A stretch of 61,972 nucleotides of DNA from Candidatus Woesearchaeota archaeon (GTDB taxonomy: Archaea > Nanobdellota > Nanobdellia > UBA10117 > ARS21), in assembly GCA_964344605.1 (NCBI GenBank), contig CAYFNR010000004.1, positions 1 to 61,972 on the forward strand. The letters are read 5' to 3'. The position numbers and the translations under genes were made by a program. Numbering within the stretch: the first letter of the stretch is position 1; every line of letters begins with the position of its first letter. The notes under the pieces were generated by a model. That model made no database searches. It worked only from the letters and a program-made list of their open reading frames with translations, and was not told the origin of the DNA. Shown piece by piece: positions 19,337 through 29,909 of the stretch.

Positions 19337-19816
19337 CTAGAAAACGATGTGTTCGTCAGCCCGTTTGTAGCTATGTAATTCTTTCCTGCTAAACCACAAA
19401 TTTATTTCCTTCTTTGCCTCAGACTCGCTTCCTGATGAGTGAATTATATTCGCAATAGACTTGCCCTTTTTGTCAGCATATGCGTAAGTATGATGTGCAT
19501 AATCTCCACGTATTGTGCCAGGGGTTGCATCACCTGGAGCTGTCGCACCTGTAATTTTTCTTACATTTTTGACGGCGTCCACTCCCTCTAAAACCATAGC
19601 AACCACTGGACCAGACCTTATGAATACATCAAGACTTTTGAAAAATGGTTTTGATATATGTTCAGAGTAGTGCTTCTTAGACAAAGCTTTGTCTACCCAA
19701 ACCATTTTCATTCCTATAACTTTCATTCCAGCCTGTTCAAACCTTCGAACTATTTCTCCGGTGAGGGCTCTCTGTACACCATCTGGTTTGACTAGAACTA
19801 AGGTGCGTTTTACCAT
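19337..19816 (-). CDS. ndk: nucleoside-diphosphate kinase
   Basis: RTLVLVKPDGVQR, SGPVVAMV, PGTIRGD, NIIHSS. Confidence 0.96.
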   Translation of the reverse strand: MVKRTLVLVKPDGVQRALTGEIVRRFEQAGMKVIGMKMVWVDKALSKKHYSEHISKPFFKSLDVFIRSGPVVAMVLEGVDAVKNVRKITGATAPGDATPGTIRGDYAHHTYAYADKKGKSIANIIHSSGSESEAKKEINLWFSRKELHSYKRADEHIVF

Positions 19817-19895
19817 TACTTCTTTCTTAATTCAGAACTTAAAAATTTATCGATGGCTCAGAAACAATTAAAAGCAAGCAGAGCAATTATTTTTT

Positions 19896-21140
19896 ATGGC
19901 CCGCAAGATTTTGGGTTTCAAAAGAGATGTCTTTCTCCTCTTGGCAATAGTCTTCTTTTTTGTTCTCACGACATCTATTATTGACAAGTTCTTGCCGATA
20001 TATATGGATGCGGTTGGTGTAAGTTTAGCTAGCATTGCGGTGGTTTATGCTTTAAGTTATTTTGTTTTGGGCTTTGTTCGCCTACCTGCTGGTGCCTTTG
20101 CGGACTTCTATAGTAAGAAACTATTGCTTCTGGCGTCTTTAATGGGTGTTCCAATATATATCTATGGCATGACGCTTGCTTCTACTGCCCAACATTTCAT
20201 TTTATTAAAGATACTCTTCGCAGCAATATTTGGACTATTTTGGACACCACTTATGGGTATTTTTTTAGACAAAGTTAGAGCGGGTGCTGTAGGATCTGAA
20301 CTTGCCAAAAGAAGTGTTGTTGCGGCGGTTGCTGGTGCTTTGGCAGGTCTTGGGGCAGGAGTTTTCATAGATAGTTTTGGATTCATTAGCTTGTTCAGAC
20401 TTGCATTAATTATTAGCTTTGTACCCATCCTGCTGGGCTTTTTGGTGACCGAAGAAAAAATGAAAAGAAGATTCCCTTCATTTAAGGAAACAGAGCAAGA
20501 ATACAGAGAGATTATTCTAACTAAAGGTTTTTTATTGCTTTTAGCATTTGGACTTATCCAATCTGCGGTTTTTGCAGTCTGGCTTATTTACACACCAATT
20601 TATCTAAGTAATAACATCGGATTGTCTATGTCAATGATTGGACTTCTATTCGCAATAAACTCTGCTGCATCTATTCCAATACATATACCTCGTGGAAAAT
20701 TAACAGATAAGTTTCATGCCAAATGGTTAATAATACCTGGATTCTTTTTGGCTTGGTTTTCAGGATATGCTTTCTTGAGAATGAAAGATTTTATTGGTCT
20801 CGTGGTATCAAGGTATGGTGTTCGTCTTGGTTTGGATCTGATTTGGAGCCCTTCTGCAGCTAGAGTGGCTGAAATGACGACAAAAGAGAAACATGCAGGA
20901 GCGTCTGCTTTATTCTATTCACTTGGAAACTTTGGGGCAGGTTTTGCTGCGCTTGTTGCAGGATATATGATCAGCTTTGTTGGCGTGAGAAGTACGCTTT
21001 CTTACTTTATCAATGTGCTTCTAATATTCGGTTTCGCTGCATTCCTTTTCCATAAATATATGCGATGGAAGTATAGATTCCACTATAAACGCCACCATTT
21101 ATTGCATTTGAGGCCTCTTTATGGCAGTGAACGTCAGTAG
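19896..21140 (+). CDS. MFS transporter
   Basis: About 12 TM segments, GAFADFYSKK and GKLTDKF loop motifs. Confidence 0.88.
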   Translation: MARKILGFKRDVFLLLAIVFFFVLTTSIIDKFLPIYMDAVGVSLASIAVVYALSYFVLGFVRLPAGAFADFYSKKLLLLASLMGVPIYIYGMTLASTAQHFILLKILFAAIFGLFWTPLMGIFLDKVRAGAVGSELAKRSVVAAVAGALAGLGAGVFIDSFGFISLFRLALIISFVPILLGFLVTEEKMKRRFPSFKETEQEYREIILTKGFLLLLAFGLIQSAVFAVWLIYTPIYLSNNIGLSMSMIGLLFAINSAASIPIHIPRGKLTDKFHAKWLIIPGFFLAWFSGYAFLRMKDFIGLVVSRYGVRLGLDLIWSPSAARVAEMTTKEKHAGASALFYSLGNFGAGFAALVAGYMISFVGVRSTLSYFINVLLIFGFAAFLFHKYMRWKYRFHYKRHHLLHLRPLYGSERQ

Positions 21141-21197
21141 TTCTTAAACCAAACTCTTTTAAAGCTCCAGAGGTGCCTATTTTTAGGATGGTGCAAA

Positions 21198-22967
21198 ATG
21201 GCAACTCGGCAACCGATAATAGTGGTGCTGGGCCATGTAGATCATGGTAAAACCAGCTTACTTGACTGGATTAGAGGTACGACTCTTGTGTCAAGGGAAG
21301 CAGGCCAAATTACGCAACATATAGGGGCAACTGAAATACCTCTTAATACCATTCAAAAAGTTTGTGGAAATATTTTAGATCTTTTCAAATTAGAGTTTGA
21401 TTTGCCAGGTCTACTTTTTGTTGATACACCTGGGCACGAGGCTTTTGCAAACTTGAGAAAGAGAGGAGGTTCCATTGCAGACCTTGCTGTTTTAGTTGTT
21501 GATATTAACCAAGGCGTACAGCCTCAAACTAAAGAGGCAATTGAAATTTTAAGAGACATGAAGGTACCTTTTGTCGTAGCAGCCACTAAATTAGATGTTA
21601 TACCTGGTTGGAAAAGTCACGAAAGTCTTTTCATAAATAATGTTAATAAACAGATTGAATCAGCGAAGAAAGTTTTTGAGGATCGTTTATACAACTTACT
21701 TGGGCAAGTATCTGAGTTCGGCTTCCAGCTTGAACTTTACAACAAAGTTGATGATTTTTCTAAAAGTGTCGCCGTTGTTCCTGTGTCATCAAAAACTGGA
21801 GAAGGCATACCTGAATTACTAGCCATTCTTTCTGGTTTGTCTCAGAAGTTTTTAAAAGATAAGCTTGAGATTTCTGAGGAAGAGCCAGCACATGGAACCA
21901 TATTGGAGATAAAAGAGGAAAAAGGAATGGGTACAACTGCAGATGTAATTGTTTATTCCGGAACTTTAGACAAAGATGATTTCCTTGCTTTAGGGGGGGT
22001 AAACGACATCGTGACTACAAAAATTCGTTCCTTGCTTAAGCCTGAGGAACTTACAGAAATTAGAGACACTAAAAGTAAGTTTAGGCATGTAGATTCCGTA
22101 ACTGCCGCGTCTGGGGTAAAAATTCTTGCTTTAGGATTAAGCAAGGCTTTGGCTGGCGCACCTATAATTTCAGCACGTTCTAAGAAAGGTTTAGAAAGTG
22201 CCAAGAAGGAGATTATTGAAGATGTTGGAAGTGTATTAATTGAAACGGAGGAAGATGGAGTAATTCTTAAAGCAGATACGTTAGGCTCATTAGAAGCAGC
22301 TATTGGTCTTCTTAGAAAGAATGATATCTCTATCAAAAGAGCTGCAATTGGTAATGTTAATAAGAGAGATATTGCTGAGGCTTCTAGTACAAGTGATCCA
22401 ACCAAGTCATTTGTTCTAGCTTTTCATGTCAAGGCTTCTGATGCCATTGTGAAAGAAGCAAAAGAGGCAAAAGTTGACATTATCGCAGATCCTGTAATTT
22501 ACAAGATACTGGAAAGATATGAAGATACTGTTGAAGATAAGAAAAAGCGTGTTGAATTAGAGAATATAGAAGGCTTGGTTTTTCCGGCTAGAATAAGAAT
22601 TTTACCACAGTATATCTTCAGACAGAGTGGACCTGCAATATGTGGAATTGAAGTTCTGGCTGGAAGGTTAAAGCCGGGCGTGGCTTTGATGAATTTAGAA
22701 GGTAAAAAAGTTGGAACGGTTAAAACTATAGAAGAGAGCGGTAAGAAATTAGATGAACTATCAAAACGCCATCAAGCATCTGCTTCCATAGCAGGTTTAA
22801 CTATTGGGAGACAAGCAAAAGGTGGAGATGAATTAATGGTAGATTTGAACGAAGGTCAATTTAGGACACTCAAAGAAAAGAAAAAATTCTTAGAAGCAGA
22901 AGATATTGAAATCCTCAAAAAACTTGCAGTAATTAAAAGAAAAGGAAACGAAACTTGGGGAATTTAA
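21198..22967 (+). CDS. infB: translation initiation factor aIF5B (IF-2)
   Basis: GHVDHGKT, EAGQITQHIG, DTPGHEAF, TKLD. Confidence 0.97.
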   Translation: MATRQPIIVVLGHVDHGKTSLLDWIRGTTLVSREAGQITQHIGATEIPLNTIQKVCGNILDLFKLEFDLPGLLFVDTPGHEAFANLRKRGGSIADLAVLVVDINQGVQPQTKEAIEILRDMKVPFVVAATKLDVIPGWKSHESLFINNVNKQIESAKKVFEDRLYNLLGQVSEFGFQLELYNKVDDFSKSVAVVPVSSKTGEGIPELLAILSGLSQKFLKDKLEISEEEPAHGTILEIKEEKGMGTTADVIVYSGTLDKDDFLALGGVNDIVTTKIRSLLKPEELTEIRDTKSKFRHVDSVTAASGVKILALGLSKALAGAPIISARSKKGLESAKKEIIEDVGSVLIETEEDGVILKADTLGSLEAAIGLLRKNDISIKRAAIGNVNKRDIAEASSTSDPTKSFVLAFHVKASDAIVKEAKEAKVDIIADPVIYKILERYEDTVEDKKKRVELENIEGLVFPARIRILPQYIFRQSGPAICGIEVLAGRLKPGVALMNLEGKKVGTVKTIEESGKKLDELSKRHQASASIAGLTIGRQAKGGDELMVDLNEGQFRTLKEKKKFLEAEDIEILKKLAVIKRKGNETWGI

Positions 22968-23308
22968 TGTTTGAGAAGGCGACGTTCTAATTCACTATTT
23001 TGTACAACATATTGTATATCTTTATTATCATCTAAGTATAATTGTTCCCCATTCCAATCAGGTAGTTTTTCTCGAACCCAGTTCTTCATTCCCCATACTC
23101 CTATATCATATCTTCCAGAAATAATACTGTCACGTCTTATAGATCCCACTTTGACTATATCTTTGTCCTTACTTAATACATTTCCCAATTGTTGTGAAGT
23201 TGTTCCATGTCGTGTCTCTGAGTTTATATAACTTTGAATCTCAGTAGTATTCTTAGTTCCATCTGCCAAATACTCTTTTATTTTTTTTCTTAGTATTACT
23301 GAACTCAT
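22964..23308 (-). CDS. DUF3860-like winged-helix protein (paralog 1)
   Basis: RHGTTSQQLGNVLSKDKDIVKVG, as I recall it from the marine Poseidoniales DUF3860 family. Confidence 0.75.
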   Translation of the reverse strand: MSSVILRKKIKEYLADGTKNTTEIQSYINSETRHGTTSQQLGNVLSKDKDIVKVGSIRRDSIISGRYDIGVWGMKNWVREKLPDWNGEQLYLDDNKDIQYVVQNSELERRLLKH

Positions 23309-23637
23309 GGTTTTCTTCCTTCTTTTTTAATATATTTTGGTTCTTCTTGCTGTAGTTGATATGTAATAAATATATTCTCTCCTTCTTCCCAGTCAGGAAC
23401 ATTTTCGTCTATCCATACTTGAGTAGCCCATTCACAGATGTTGTATCCTCCAGAAGCTATGCCTGAGCGTTTAATATATCCTACTCTGATAATTTTGTCA
23501 GATTCCTCCAGAATTTCTTGAAGATTTTCAAGAACTATGCCTTGCCTCATTTTCATTTTTAGATGTTCAAGAATCTCAGGTGTATTTCGTGGCCCATCTT
23601 CCAGATAAGTTATAATCCTTTTCAGAACTTCGGTCAT
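23305..23637 (-). CDS. DUF3860-like winged-helix protein (paralog 2)
   Basis: PRNTPEILEH, VGYIKRSGIASGGYNICEWAT; alignable with paralog 1. Confidence 0.75.
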   Translation of the reverse strand: MTEVLKRIITYLEDGPRNTPEILEHLKMKMRQGIVLENLQEILEESDKIIRVGYIKRSGIASGGYNICEWATQVWIDENVPDWEEGENIFITYQLQQEEPKYIKKEGRKP

Positions 23638-23726
23638 ATATTGGATTGTTACTCTCCATTTATATGTTTTAGTATACTAAATTAAGAAAAAATTTATATT
23701 AAAATAGTGGTTAGGACTAAGAGCTT

Positions 23727-24314
23727 TTACTCCTTCTCTTCTTTAGATGGCTTTTCTTCTATCTTTTGATCTTCTTCTTTCTTCTCTTCGGGAGCCTCAG
23801 TCTTTTCTTCTTTTTTAGGTTCTTCCTCTTTAGTAGGTGCCTCTTTTGCCTTAGGAGCTTCTTCTTTCTTTTCAACTGGTTCCTCTTTTACAGGAGCCTC
23901 AGCTTCATCTGAAGTAACTTTAAAGACTTTAGAAAGATCTTCCTTGCCTTTTTTAATAACTTTACAATTTATTTGGGAAGTTGAGTCTGAAATTGTATTC
24001 CCTGTGACAGTTTTCCTTCTCCTTTCACCCTTTCTTTTAGGGCCGAATCCTTTCCCACCCGAAAGAATAGGCTTTTTTCTTCCAGATCCCATTATTCCTG
24101 GAAGCATTGGAAATCCAGATTTGTCTGAACCGCCAGTTATCTCTAATTCATATCCAGAAGCGCCAATTAGTGTCCCGTTAAATTTTTCTCCAATCTTTTT
24201 GCCAATTAACTTTTCAGCATCTGGACCAGTTAACCCCGATTTGAAGGTTTTCCCGGTTTCTGTTCCAATTGTTAACTTAAATTCTGTCATTTTAGTTATT
24301 TTCTCCGTACTCAT
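23727..24314 (-). CDS. rps6e: 30S ribosomal protein S6e with acidic tail (start may be 24290)
   Basis: LIGKKIG, ELEITGGSDKSGFPM, RRRKTVTGN. Confidence 0.95.
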   Translation of the reverse strand: MSTEKITKMTEFKLTIGTETGKTFKSGLTGPDAEKLIGKKIGEKFNGTLIGASGYELEITGGSDKSGFPMLPGIMGSGRKKPILSGGKGFGPKRKGERRRKTVTGNTISDSTSQINCKVIKKGKEDLSKVFKVTSDEAEAPVKEEPVEKKEEAPKAKEAPTKEEEPKKEEKTEAPEEKKEEDQKIEEKPSKEEKE

Positions 24315-24367
24315 CGCTCATTAAATAAGCTACCAATTTTTTAATTTTCGAAATTTTTTCATCCATT

Positions 24368-25075
24368 TTATCTTGAAGCCTGAGCTTGTCTCTCCAAATC
24401 TATTTTATGTGATATGCAATTTGACTTGTTGTCATTGTCATATGTTAACATTATCTCTTCAGCTAAAGCCCGCGCTACCGTCTTCTTTGCTTTTGAGGAA
24501 GCTGAAGTATGAAATGCGCCTTGTGTCATCCATCTCAAAACAAGGTCTATTCGTTTTTGTGGAGACAAATCAACAGCTTTAGGATAAGGTCTTCCACCAT
24601 ATTCTATTGTAATCAAACCTTCACGGGGACTTCCTTTTTCTACTGCTTTTACAAAGACTTCCACAGGATTTTTCTTTGTACGTTCTTCTATTACTTCAAA
24701 GGCCTCTTTTGTTATTCTGTAAGCTAAATGCTTCTTGCCAGAAAATGTTCCGGAGGTTCTGAAATGCTTTTTTCTCTTGTGACCTGATACCATAATTCTG
24801 TTCACAAGACGCTCAATTATTGGCTTTTTTGACTTCCAAAACTGTTTTTCAGTAAATCTGCCTGCTGTAAATGGAACCAAAACAGGAGTTAGTGTAATAT
24901 ACTTTTTGAGACCTGGATCTGAAACTTGAATTCCAGTTGTGTCCCATCGTCCAAATGCTTTGAAACTAAAGGCCTTTTCTGCCTTTTTTGTGATAGTTTT
25001 AACTATTTTTTTGGGAGTTTCCTTTTCTTCAACCTTTATTTTGGGAGTCTTTTTATCAACCATTTTATCTTCCAA
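24368..25075 (-). CDS. rps7: 30S ribosomal protein S7
   Basis: [36 protein letters not shown]. Confidence 0.96.
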   Translation of the reverse strand: MEDKMVDKKTPKIKVEEKETPKKIVKTITKKAEKAFSFKAFGRWDTTGIQVSDPGLKKYITLTPVLVPFTAGRFTEKQFWKSKKPIIERLVNRIMVSGHKRKKHFRTSGTFSGKKHLAYRITKEAFEVIEERTKKNPVEVFVKAVEKGSPREGLITIEYGGRPYPKAVDLSPQKRIDLVLRWMTQGAFHTSASSKAKKTVARALAEEIMLTYDNDNKSNCISHKIDLERQAQASR

Positions 25076-25505
25076 TTATCTTCTCTATCTTTCCTCTTAC
25101 AAGCTCTATCAATGGCTGGTCGTTAACCTTTACAACTTGCCAACGCACGTTCGGGATGTCTCCTTTGGATTTTCCCATGTGTCCACCTATGCCTTCCACT
25201 AAAACTTCGTCGTGTTCATTTATGTAAGAAATTGCTTTATCATTTGGACAGAAAGCTGTAATCTGCTTACTGTTCTTGATTAATCTTACTCTAACACATT
25301 TTCTCATAGCTGAGTTAGGTTGCTTAGCTTCTAATTGACGTTTTTCAAGAACTATTCCTCTTGCCTGCGGAGATCCTTGAAGAGGATCGGATTTCTCTTT
25401 AAGCTTAAGAACTCTGCGTACGTACCATTTATTCTTCCATCTAAACTTAGCTCTACGTTTCTTAAGTTTCTTTCCTGAGTTCAATCCTCTCGATTTCTTT
25501 CCCAT
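25065..25505 (-). CDS. rps12: 30S ribosomal protein S12
   Basis: [23 protein letters not shown]. Confidence 0.97.
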   Translation of the reverse strand: MGKKSRGLNSGKKLKKRRAKFRWKNKWYVRRVLKLKEKSDPLQGSPQARGIVLEKRQLEAKQPNSAMRKCVRVRLIKNSKQITAFCPNDKAISYINEHDEVLVEGIGGHMGKSKGDIPNVRWQVVKVNDQPLIELVRGKIEKIIGR

Positions 25506-25547
25506 ATTCGCCTCTCGTTTTTGGTATTTATAAAGTTTAGCTTTTGC

Positions 25548-25967
25548 TCAAAGTATCCGTATATCCTTAACTTTTGAGTTATATCTGGACACCATAAATT
25601 TAAGCTTTTTAAGTTCTTTTTGATTATTATTCAAAACTACTCTCCTATCTTTGCCTGAAGGAAATGTTACATATACTATTCCGTTTTCTTCTTTAATTTC
25701 TTTAACTTTGATTGGGAAGAGATAATTTTTAATCAAGCCAGACGTTGATTCTGAATTCTCCACGACTTTAACTTCATGGTTAAGTGCGGCTTGAAGTTTC
25801 TTGATGTTTGCACCATTTTTACCTATTGCTTTAGCGGTTTGACCTGGTTCCGTTATAAAAACCGTTGTTCCTTCCGCATCGAAGCAATCAATTGGATTGC
25901 TTCCACATACAGAACTAAATAATTTCATTGTTCTAATACTATCAAATGTAAATTTTCTAATTGCCAT
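25548..25967 (-). CDS. nusA: transcription elongation factor NusA (archaeal, KH only)
   Basis: KAIGKNGANIK KH motif; conserved operon position. Confidence 0.9.
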   Translation of the reverse strand: MAIRKFTFDSIRTMKLFSSVCGSNPIDCFDAEGTTVFITEPGQTAKAIGKNGANIKKLQAALNHEVKVVENSESTSGLIKNYLFPIKVKEIKEENGIVYVTFPSGKDRRVVLNNNQKELKKLKFMVSRYNSKVKDIRIL

Positions 25968-26221
25968 TACTTAATTAAACCAAGCATAATCACTGAGTGC
26001 GGCCTCCTGCAACGGGCCCCAAGTTCTTCACTAGATATTTTTAATTTGTTAATCTTAAATTCCCATACCTCGGCTGCGTTTTCTATTTCAGAAATCTTAT
26101 TTTCTGGAAAGTTTGAACTTATAAAAACTTCTTTTATTTTCCCGTCCTGTATAGCTTTCAAGGTACGTTCGCTGCCAACAATTATTTTGTCTTTTAGTGT
26201 TAGAGCCTCCTTAAGATCCAT
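25967..26221 (-). CDS. rpl30e: 50S ribosomal protein L30e
   Basis: IIVGSERTLK, SEELGARCRRPH; position between rpoA2 and nusA. Confidence 0.88.
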   Translation of the reverse strand: MDLKEALTLKDKIIVGSERTLKAIQDGKIKEVFISSNFPENKISEIENAAEVWEFKINKLKISSEELGARCRRPHSVIMLGLIK

Positions 26222-27376
26222 TTATTTTGAAACTCCTTTCTTTTCTTTCATTTTAACTTTGAGTTCTGGAAGTCCAGTACCAATTGGAATTGGCTGGTTA
26301 ATCATGATGTTTTCAACCACACTAGTAAGTCTATCTTCTTCTCCAATTACACTTGCCTCTACAAGGTGAGTAAGAGGTATTTCAAATGATGCTCTTGCAA
26401 GAACAGATTTCTTATCTTTAGTTATACCGTGACGAGTAATCCCTTTCAAATCTCCAGTTTTGCACATTGCGTCCGCAATTAACAAAATATGTCTAATGTC
26501 AACAGGCATACCTTCTCTCTCTAATACTTTCATGATTTCATTTATTATTGTCTGCCTTGCAGCTTCGATTCCAAGAACAGCTGCTGTTTCATAAAGATCA
26601 TTCGTTGTAGTTCTTCTTTCATTGACTTCTTTTATTTTCATAACGTCAGGAAGATTAGATCCAAGTGTTTGAATTATGAACTCATTGTCCTTCGCAACAG
26701 CCAGAACGTCAATAGCTCCTTTTATTCCAGATACTGGAACTTCCTTCAGTCTTTCTTTAAGATTGTATAATTTCTTAATGTCTTTATCTTTAGTTGTAAC
26801 AGTAATGCTCTCTTTTAGGGCCTTTGCCTTGATACCTTTTACTGTTTTGCCTATTATTGTTGAAACATTTGATAGGGTCAACCCGTGTGTTTTCAAAGCG
26901 TCTTTGTCTAATTTGATGTTGATGCTGAATGATGTTAAGTCAAGTCTAAACTCACTTGCCACTTCTTTGAGTACAACTTGCTTTATCTTATTTGCAATTT
27001 TTTCCGCAGCCTTTTTGTTTTTGTTGTGGGGTGAATTTAGGTAAATTTGCATGGCTGGAGTTTTTGGTGTTTTGCGAACATCAAGTAGTTCAATAATCCT
27101 GTCCAAACCCATAGTGACATTAACTTCACCAACTCCTACGAAGTGGAATGTTCTCATTGTCATTTGTGTTCCAGGTTCACCTAAAGATTGTGCGGTGACT
27201 ACTCCTACTGACTCACCTGGAGCAAGTTGCATTTTCTCGTACTTCTTCTCAAGCTTTTTTCTATCTGAAGTAGAAAGCTTCTTTTTGTTTGCTTCTGCTT
27301 CGATTTTTTCTGGAAGGTTCTCTATTAACCATCTTTTACTCAATTCGAACACCTCCCGCATCGCTTTTAGAAACAT
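26222..27376 (-). CDS. rpoA2: RNA polymerase subunit A'' (Rpo1C)
   Basis: [28 protein letters not shown]. Confidence 0.96.
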   Translation of the reverse strand: MFLKAMREVFELSKRWLIENLPEKIEAEANKKKLSTSDRKKLEKKYEKMQLAPGESVGVVTAQSLGEPGTQMTMRTFHFVGVGEVNVTMGLDRIIELLDVRKTPKTPAMQIYLNSPHNKNKKAAEKIANKIKQVVLKEVASEFRLDLTSFSINIKLDKDALKTHGLTLSNVSTIIGKTVKGIKAKALKESITVTTKDKDIKKLYNLKERLKEVPVSGIKGAIDVLAVAKDNEFIIQTLGSNLPDVMKIKEVNERRTTTNDLYETAAVLGIEAARQTIINEIMKVLEREGMPVDIRHILLIADAMCKTGDLKGITRHGITKDKKSVLARASFEIPLTHLVEASVIGEEDRLTSVVENIMINQPIPIGTGLPELKVKMKEKKGVSK

Positions 27377-29909
27377 CTATGTTATCTCCACCAAAAGAGA
27401 ACTGTACTATCCTTCCTCCGGCGTCGCGAACTGTCCCGTCATAACTTGTTTTAAGATCTTGGAGGGCGTTGATAAGTCTACGCTGCATGTAACCAGATTT
27501 AGGTGTTCTCATTGCTGTGTCCATTAAACCATCTCTTCCAACAATTGAATTGAAGAAGAATTCTATTGGACCCAAACCAGTTGCGTATCCTTGTTCTATA
27601 AATCCTCTAGCTTTTGGAGATAGGTCTCCTCTAGAGAAATGAGGTAGAGTTCTATCTTTATATCCTGAATTTATTCTTTCCCCACGGAGAACTTGCTGCC
27701 CTGCAAATCCAGACATAAGAACAATATTTAATATCTTGTCTCCAGCACCAGCTCTAGCAGAGTTGACAAGTGTACTATCTTCTTTAATTTTTTTATCGGC
27801 AAGTTCAGCTAATTTAGTTCTTGAAGCACCTAAAAGTGTAAGCATCCTAGTTTCAAAAGTTTCATAGACGGTTTTTCCGGGCAGAGGAGAGATCTTGTCT
27901 TTGTTATAATCTACAATTGCTTTTTCGGCGTCAGTATGTGTATTTTCAATTATTTTCTTAACTTTTCTTTTTTCGTTCTCATCCATATCAAAATCATAAA
28001 ATGAAATTGTATGGGCAATTTTTCGACTAACAGACAGTCCTAAAAGGTTTGATTTGTTTATGAATTCCGCTGCAATGTGTGGGGAATAATCGCTATAAAG
28101 TTTCTGTATTAATGAACCTCCTTCTGATCCAACGAAATCTTTATCCATTAATCCCTGAACAAGCTGTCCTTTTTTCATAATAACATCTCCCTTAATCACT
28201 TTTCCATCTTTGTATATCTTTCCAGTTCTTGTATAGTTCAAATCCTTTGGAAGGAGCATGCTGAATATTTGTTTTCCATCCCAATACTCTCCTTCTTTAT
28301 TTTTTCCTGCCGGTTTAGGAAGATCTTCTGAAAGACCTACAGAAAAGATAAGTTGGGACGCTGTTTTTTTATCTAGTTTTAGATTTTTTGTTAAGTAATA
28401 TAGTCCAAGAAGGGTATCCTCAGCGTTTCCAATAATACTTTCTCCATATCTTGGAGTTATTATTTGATTTCTCAAAAGTAATAGGCTCTTTGCTTCAGCT
28501 CTGGCCTCTTCATTTTGAGGTAAGTGCAAGTTCATTTCGTCCCCGTCAAAGTCGGCGTTGTAAGGAACACAAACTATTGGATTTAGACGTAAAGTTCTAC
28601 CTGGAATAATTCTAACACGGTGGCCCATCATAGATAATCTGTGAAGAGATGGCTGTCTATTGAAAATTATAATATCTTTCTCCAACAGGTTTCTTTCAAC
28701 AAGCCAACCAACATCAAGTTCTTCTAGTATTATATCTTTCGTGTCTTTAGTAATCTTCTTTCGTTTCCCATCTGGAGATATTACATAATTTGCACTAGGA
28801 TATTCTCCCATATTCTTTATCATTTTTTCTAGCCACTTTTTGTTCCATTCTGTAACTTTTTCAGGGAGGGTAAGTTCCTTTGCTGCAAGATAAGGTACAC
28901 CTACTTCATCCATATCTATGAATGGATCTGGTGAAATTACAGATCTAGAGCTGAAATTTACTCTTTTTCCAGCAAGGTTTTGCCTAAAACGGCCTCCTTT
29001 CCCAACGAGCCTCTGGGCAAGAGTCTTCAACTGCCTTCCTGTCCTATGTCTTGCTGGAGGTATTTGAGAAATGTTATTATTGAAGAATGTAGATATATGG
29101 TACTGAAGCAAATCCCAAAGATCTTCTATAATAATCTCTGGAGCTCCGGCATTTATATTCTCCAAAAGTCTCTGGTTTACCCTAACTACATCAGTTAATT
29201 TGTGAGTTAGATCATCTTCTGAACGCTCTCCAGTTTCGAGGGTGATAGAGGGACGTACAGTAATAGGTGGTACAGCCAGTACAGTGAGGATCATCCATTC
29301 CGGTCTTGCTGCAAATGGCTCATAACCAAGTAGTCTCACATCTTCATCAGGTATTTTTTCAAGCCTTTCTCTTATTTCAGTCGGCCATAATCTTGCACCA
29401 TCTTCCTCAAAAGTTGTGGGCTTTTTGAATTTTATTTTCTTCTTTTCAGTTTCGCAGTGTGGACATTTCTTTATTGTGCTTGCAGATTTAATGACCGTTT
29501 TAACATAGGTTCTTAGGGTGAAAAGATCATGTTCCCTCTTTGCTTTGTTTATCTTTTCTCTCCATTGTTCTACCTTTGTGTCTGGAAGTGTTAGTCTTCC
29601 ACATCCCCCACAAGAAGACCTAAGGAAGTTGTATACTTGGCCAGAATAGAGTGCATGGATAATTGGTCGAGAAAGATTGATTATTCCAAAATGTCCAGGG
29701 CAAGTTTTTAATCTTCCACCACAAGTTTTACATTTAAGTCCCGGATCTATAACACCCATTGATGTATCCATTAGTCCTTTTTCAACAGGATATCCATCGG
29801 CGTCATAAATTTCTGCAGTGTTTATACTTACAGCACCCATCTTTTTGATGAGTTTAGGAGATACTACTTCAAATGTAATTCGGTCTATTTTTTTTGAAAT
29901 TGGTCTCAT
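27336..29909 (-). CDS. rpoA1: RNA polymerase subunit A' (Rpo1N)
   Basis: [10 protein letters not shown] catalytic motif intact; no intein. Confidence 0.97.
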   Translation of the reverse strand: MRPISKKIDRITFEVVSPKLIKKMGAVSINTAEIYDADGYPVEKGLMDTSMGVIDPGLKCKTCGGRLKTCPGHFGIINLSRPIIHALYSGQVYNFLRSSCGGCGRLTLPDTKVEQWREKINKAKREHDLFTLRTYVKTVIKSASTIKKCPHCETEKKKIKFKKPTTFEEDGARLWPTEIRERLEKIPDEDVRLLGYEPFAARPEWMILTVLAVPPITVRPSITLETGERSEDDLTHKLTDVVRVNQRLLENINAGAPEIIIEDLWDLLQYHISTFFNNNISQIPPARHRTGRQLKTLAQRLVGKGGRFRQNLAGKRVNFSSRSVISPDPFIDMDEVGVPYLAAKELTLPEKVTEWNKKWLEKMIKNMGEYPSANYVISPDGKRKKITKDTKDIILEELDVGWLVERNLLEKDIIIFNRQPSLHRLSMMGHRVRIIPGRTLRLNPIVCVPYNADFDGDEMNLHLPQNEEARAEAKSLLLLRNQIITPRYGESIIGNAEDTLLGLYYLTKNLKLDKKTASQLIFSVGLSEDLPKPAGKNKEGEYWDGKQIFSMLLPKDLNYTRTGKIYKDGKVIKGDVIMKKGQLVQGLMDKDFVGSEGGSLIQKLYSDYSPHIAAEFINKSNLLGLSVSRKIAHTISFYDFDMDENEKRKVKKIIENTHTDAEKAIVDYNKDKISPLPGKTVYETFETRMLTLLGASRTKLAELADKKIKEDSTLVNSARAGAGDKILNIVLMSGFAGQQVLRGERINSGYKDRTLPHFSRGDLSPKARGFIEQGYATGLGPIEFFFNSIVGRDGLMDTAMRTPKSGYMQRRLINALQDLKTSYDGTVRDAGGRIVQFSFGGDNIDVSKSDAGGVRIE

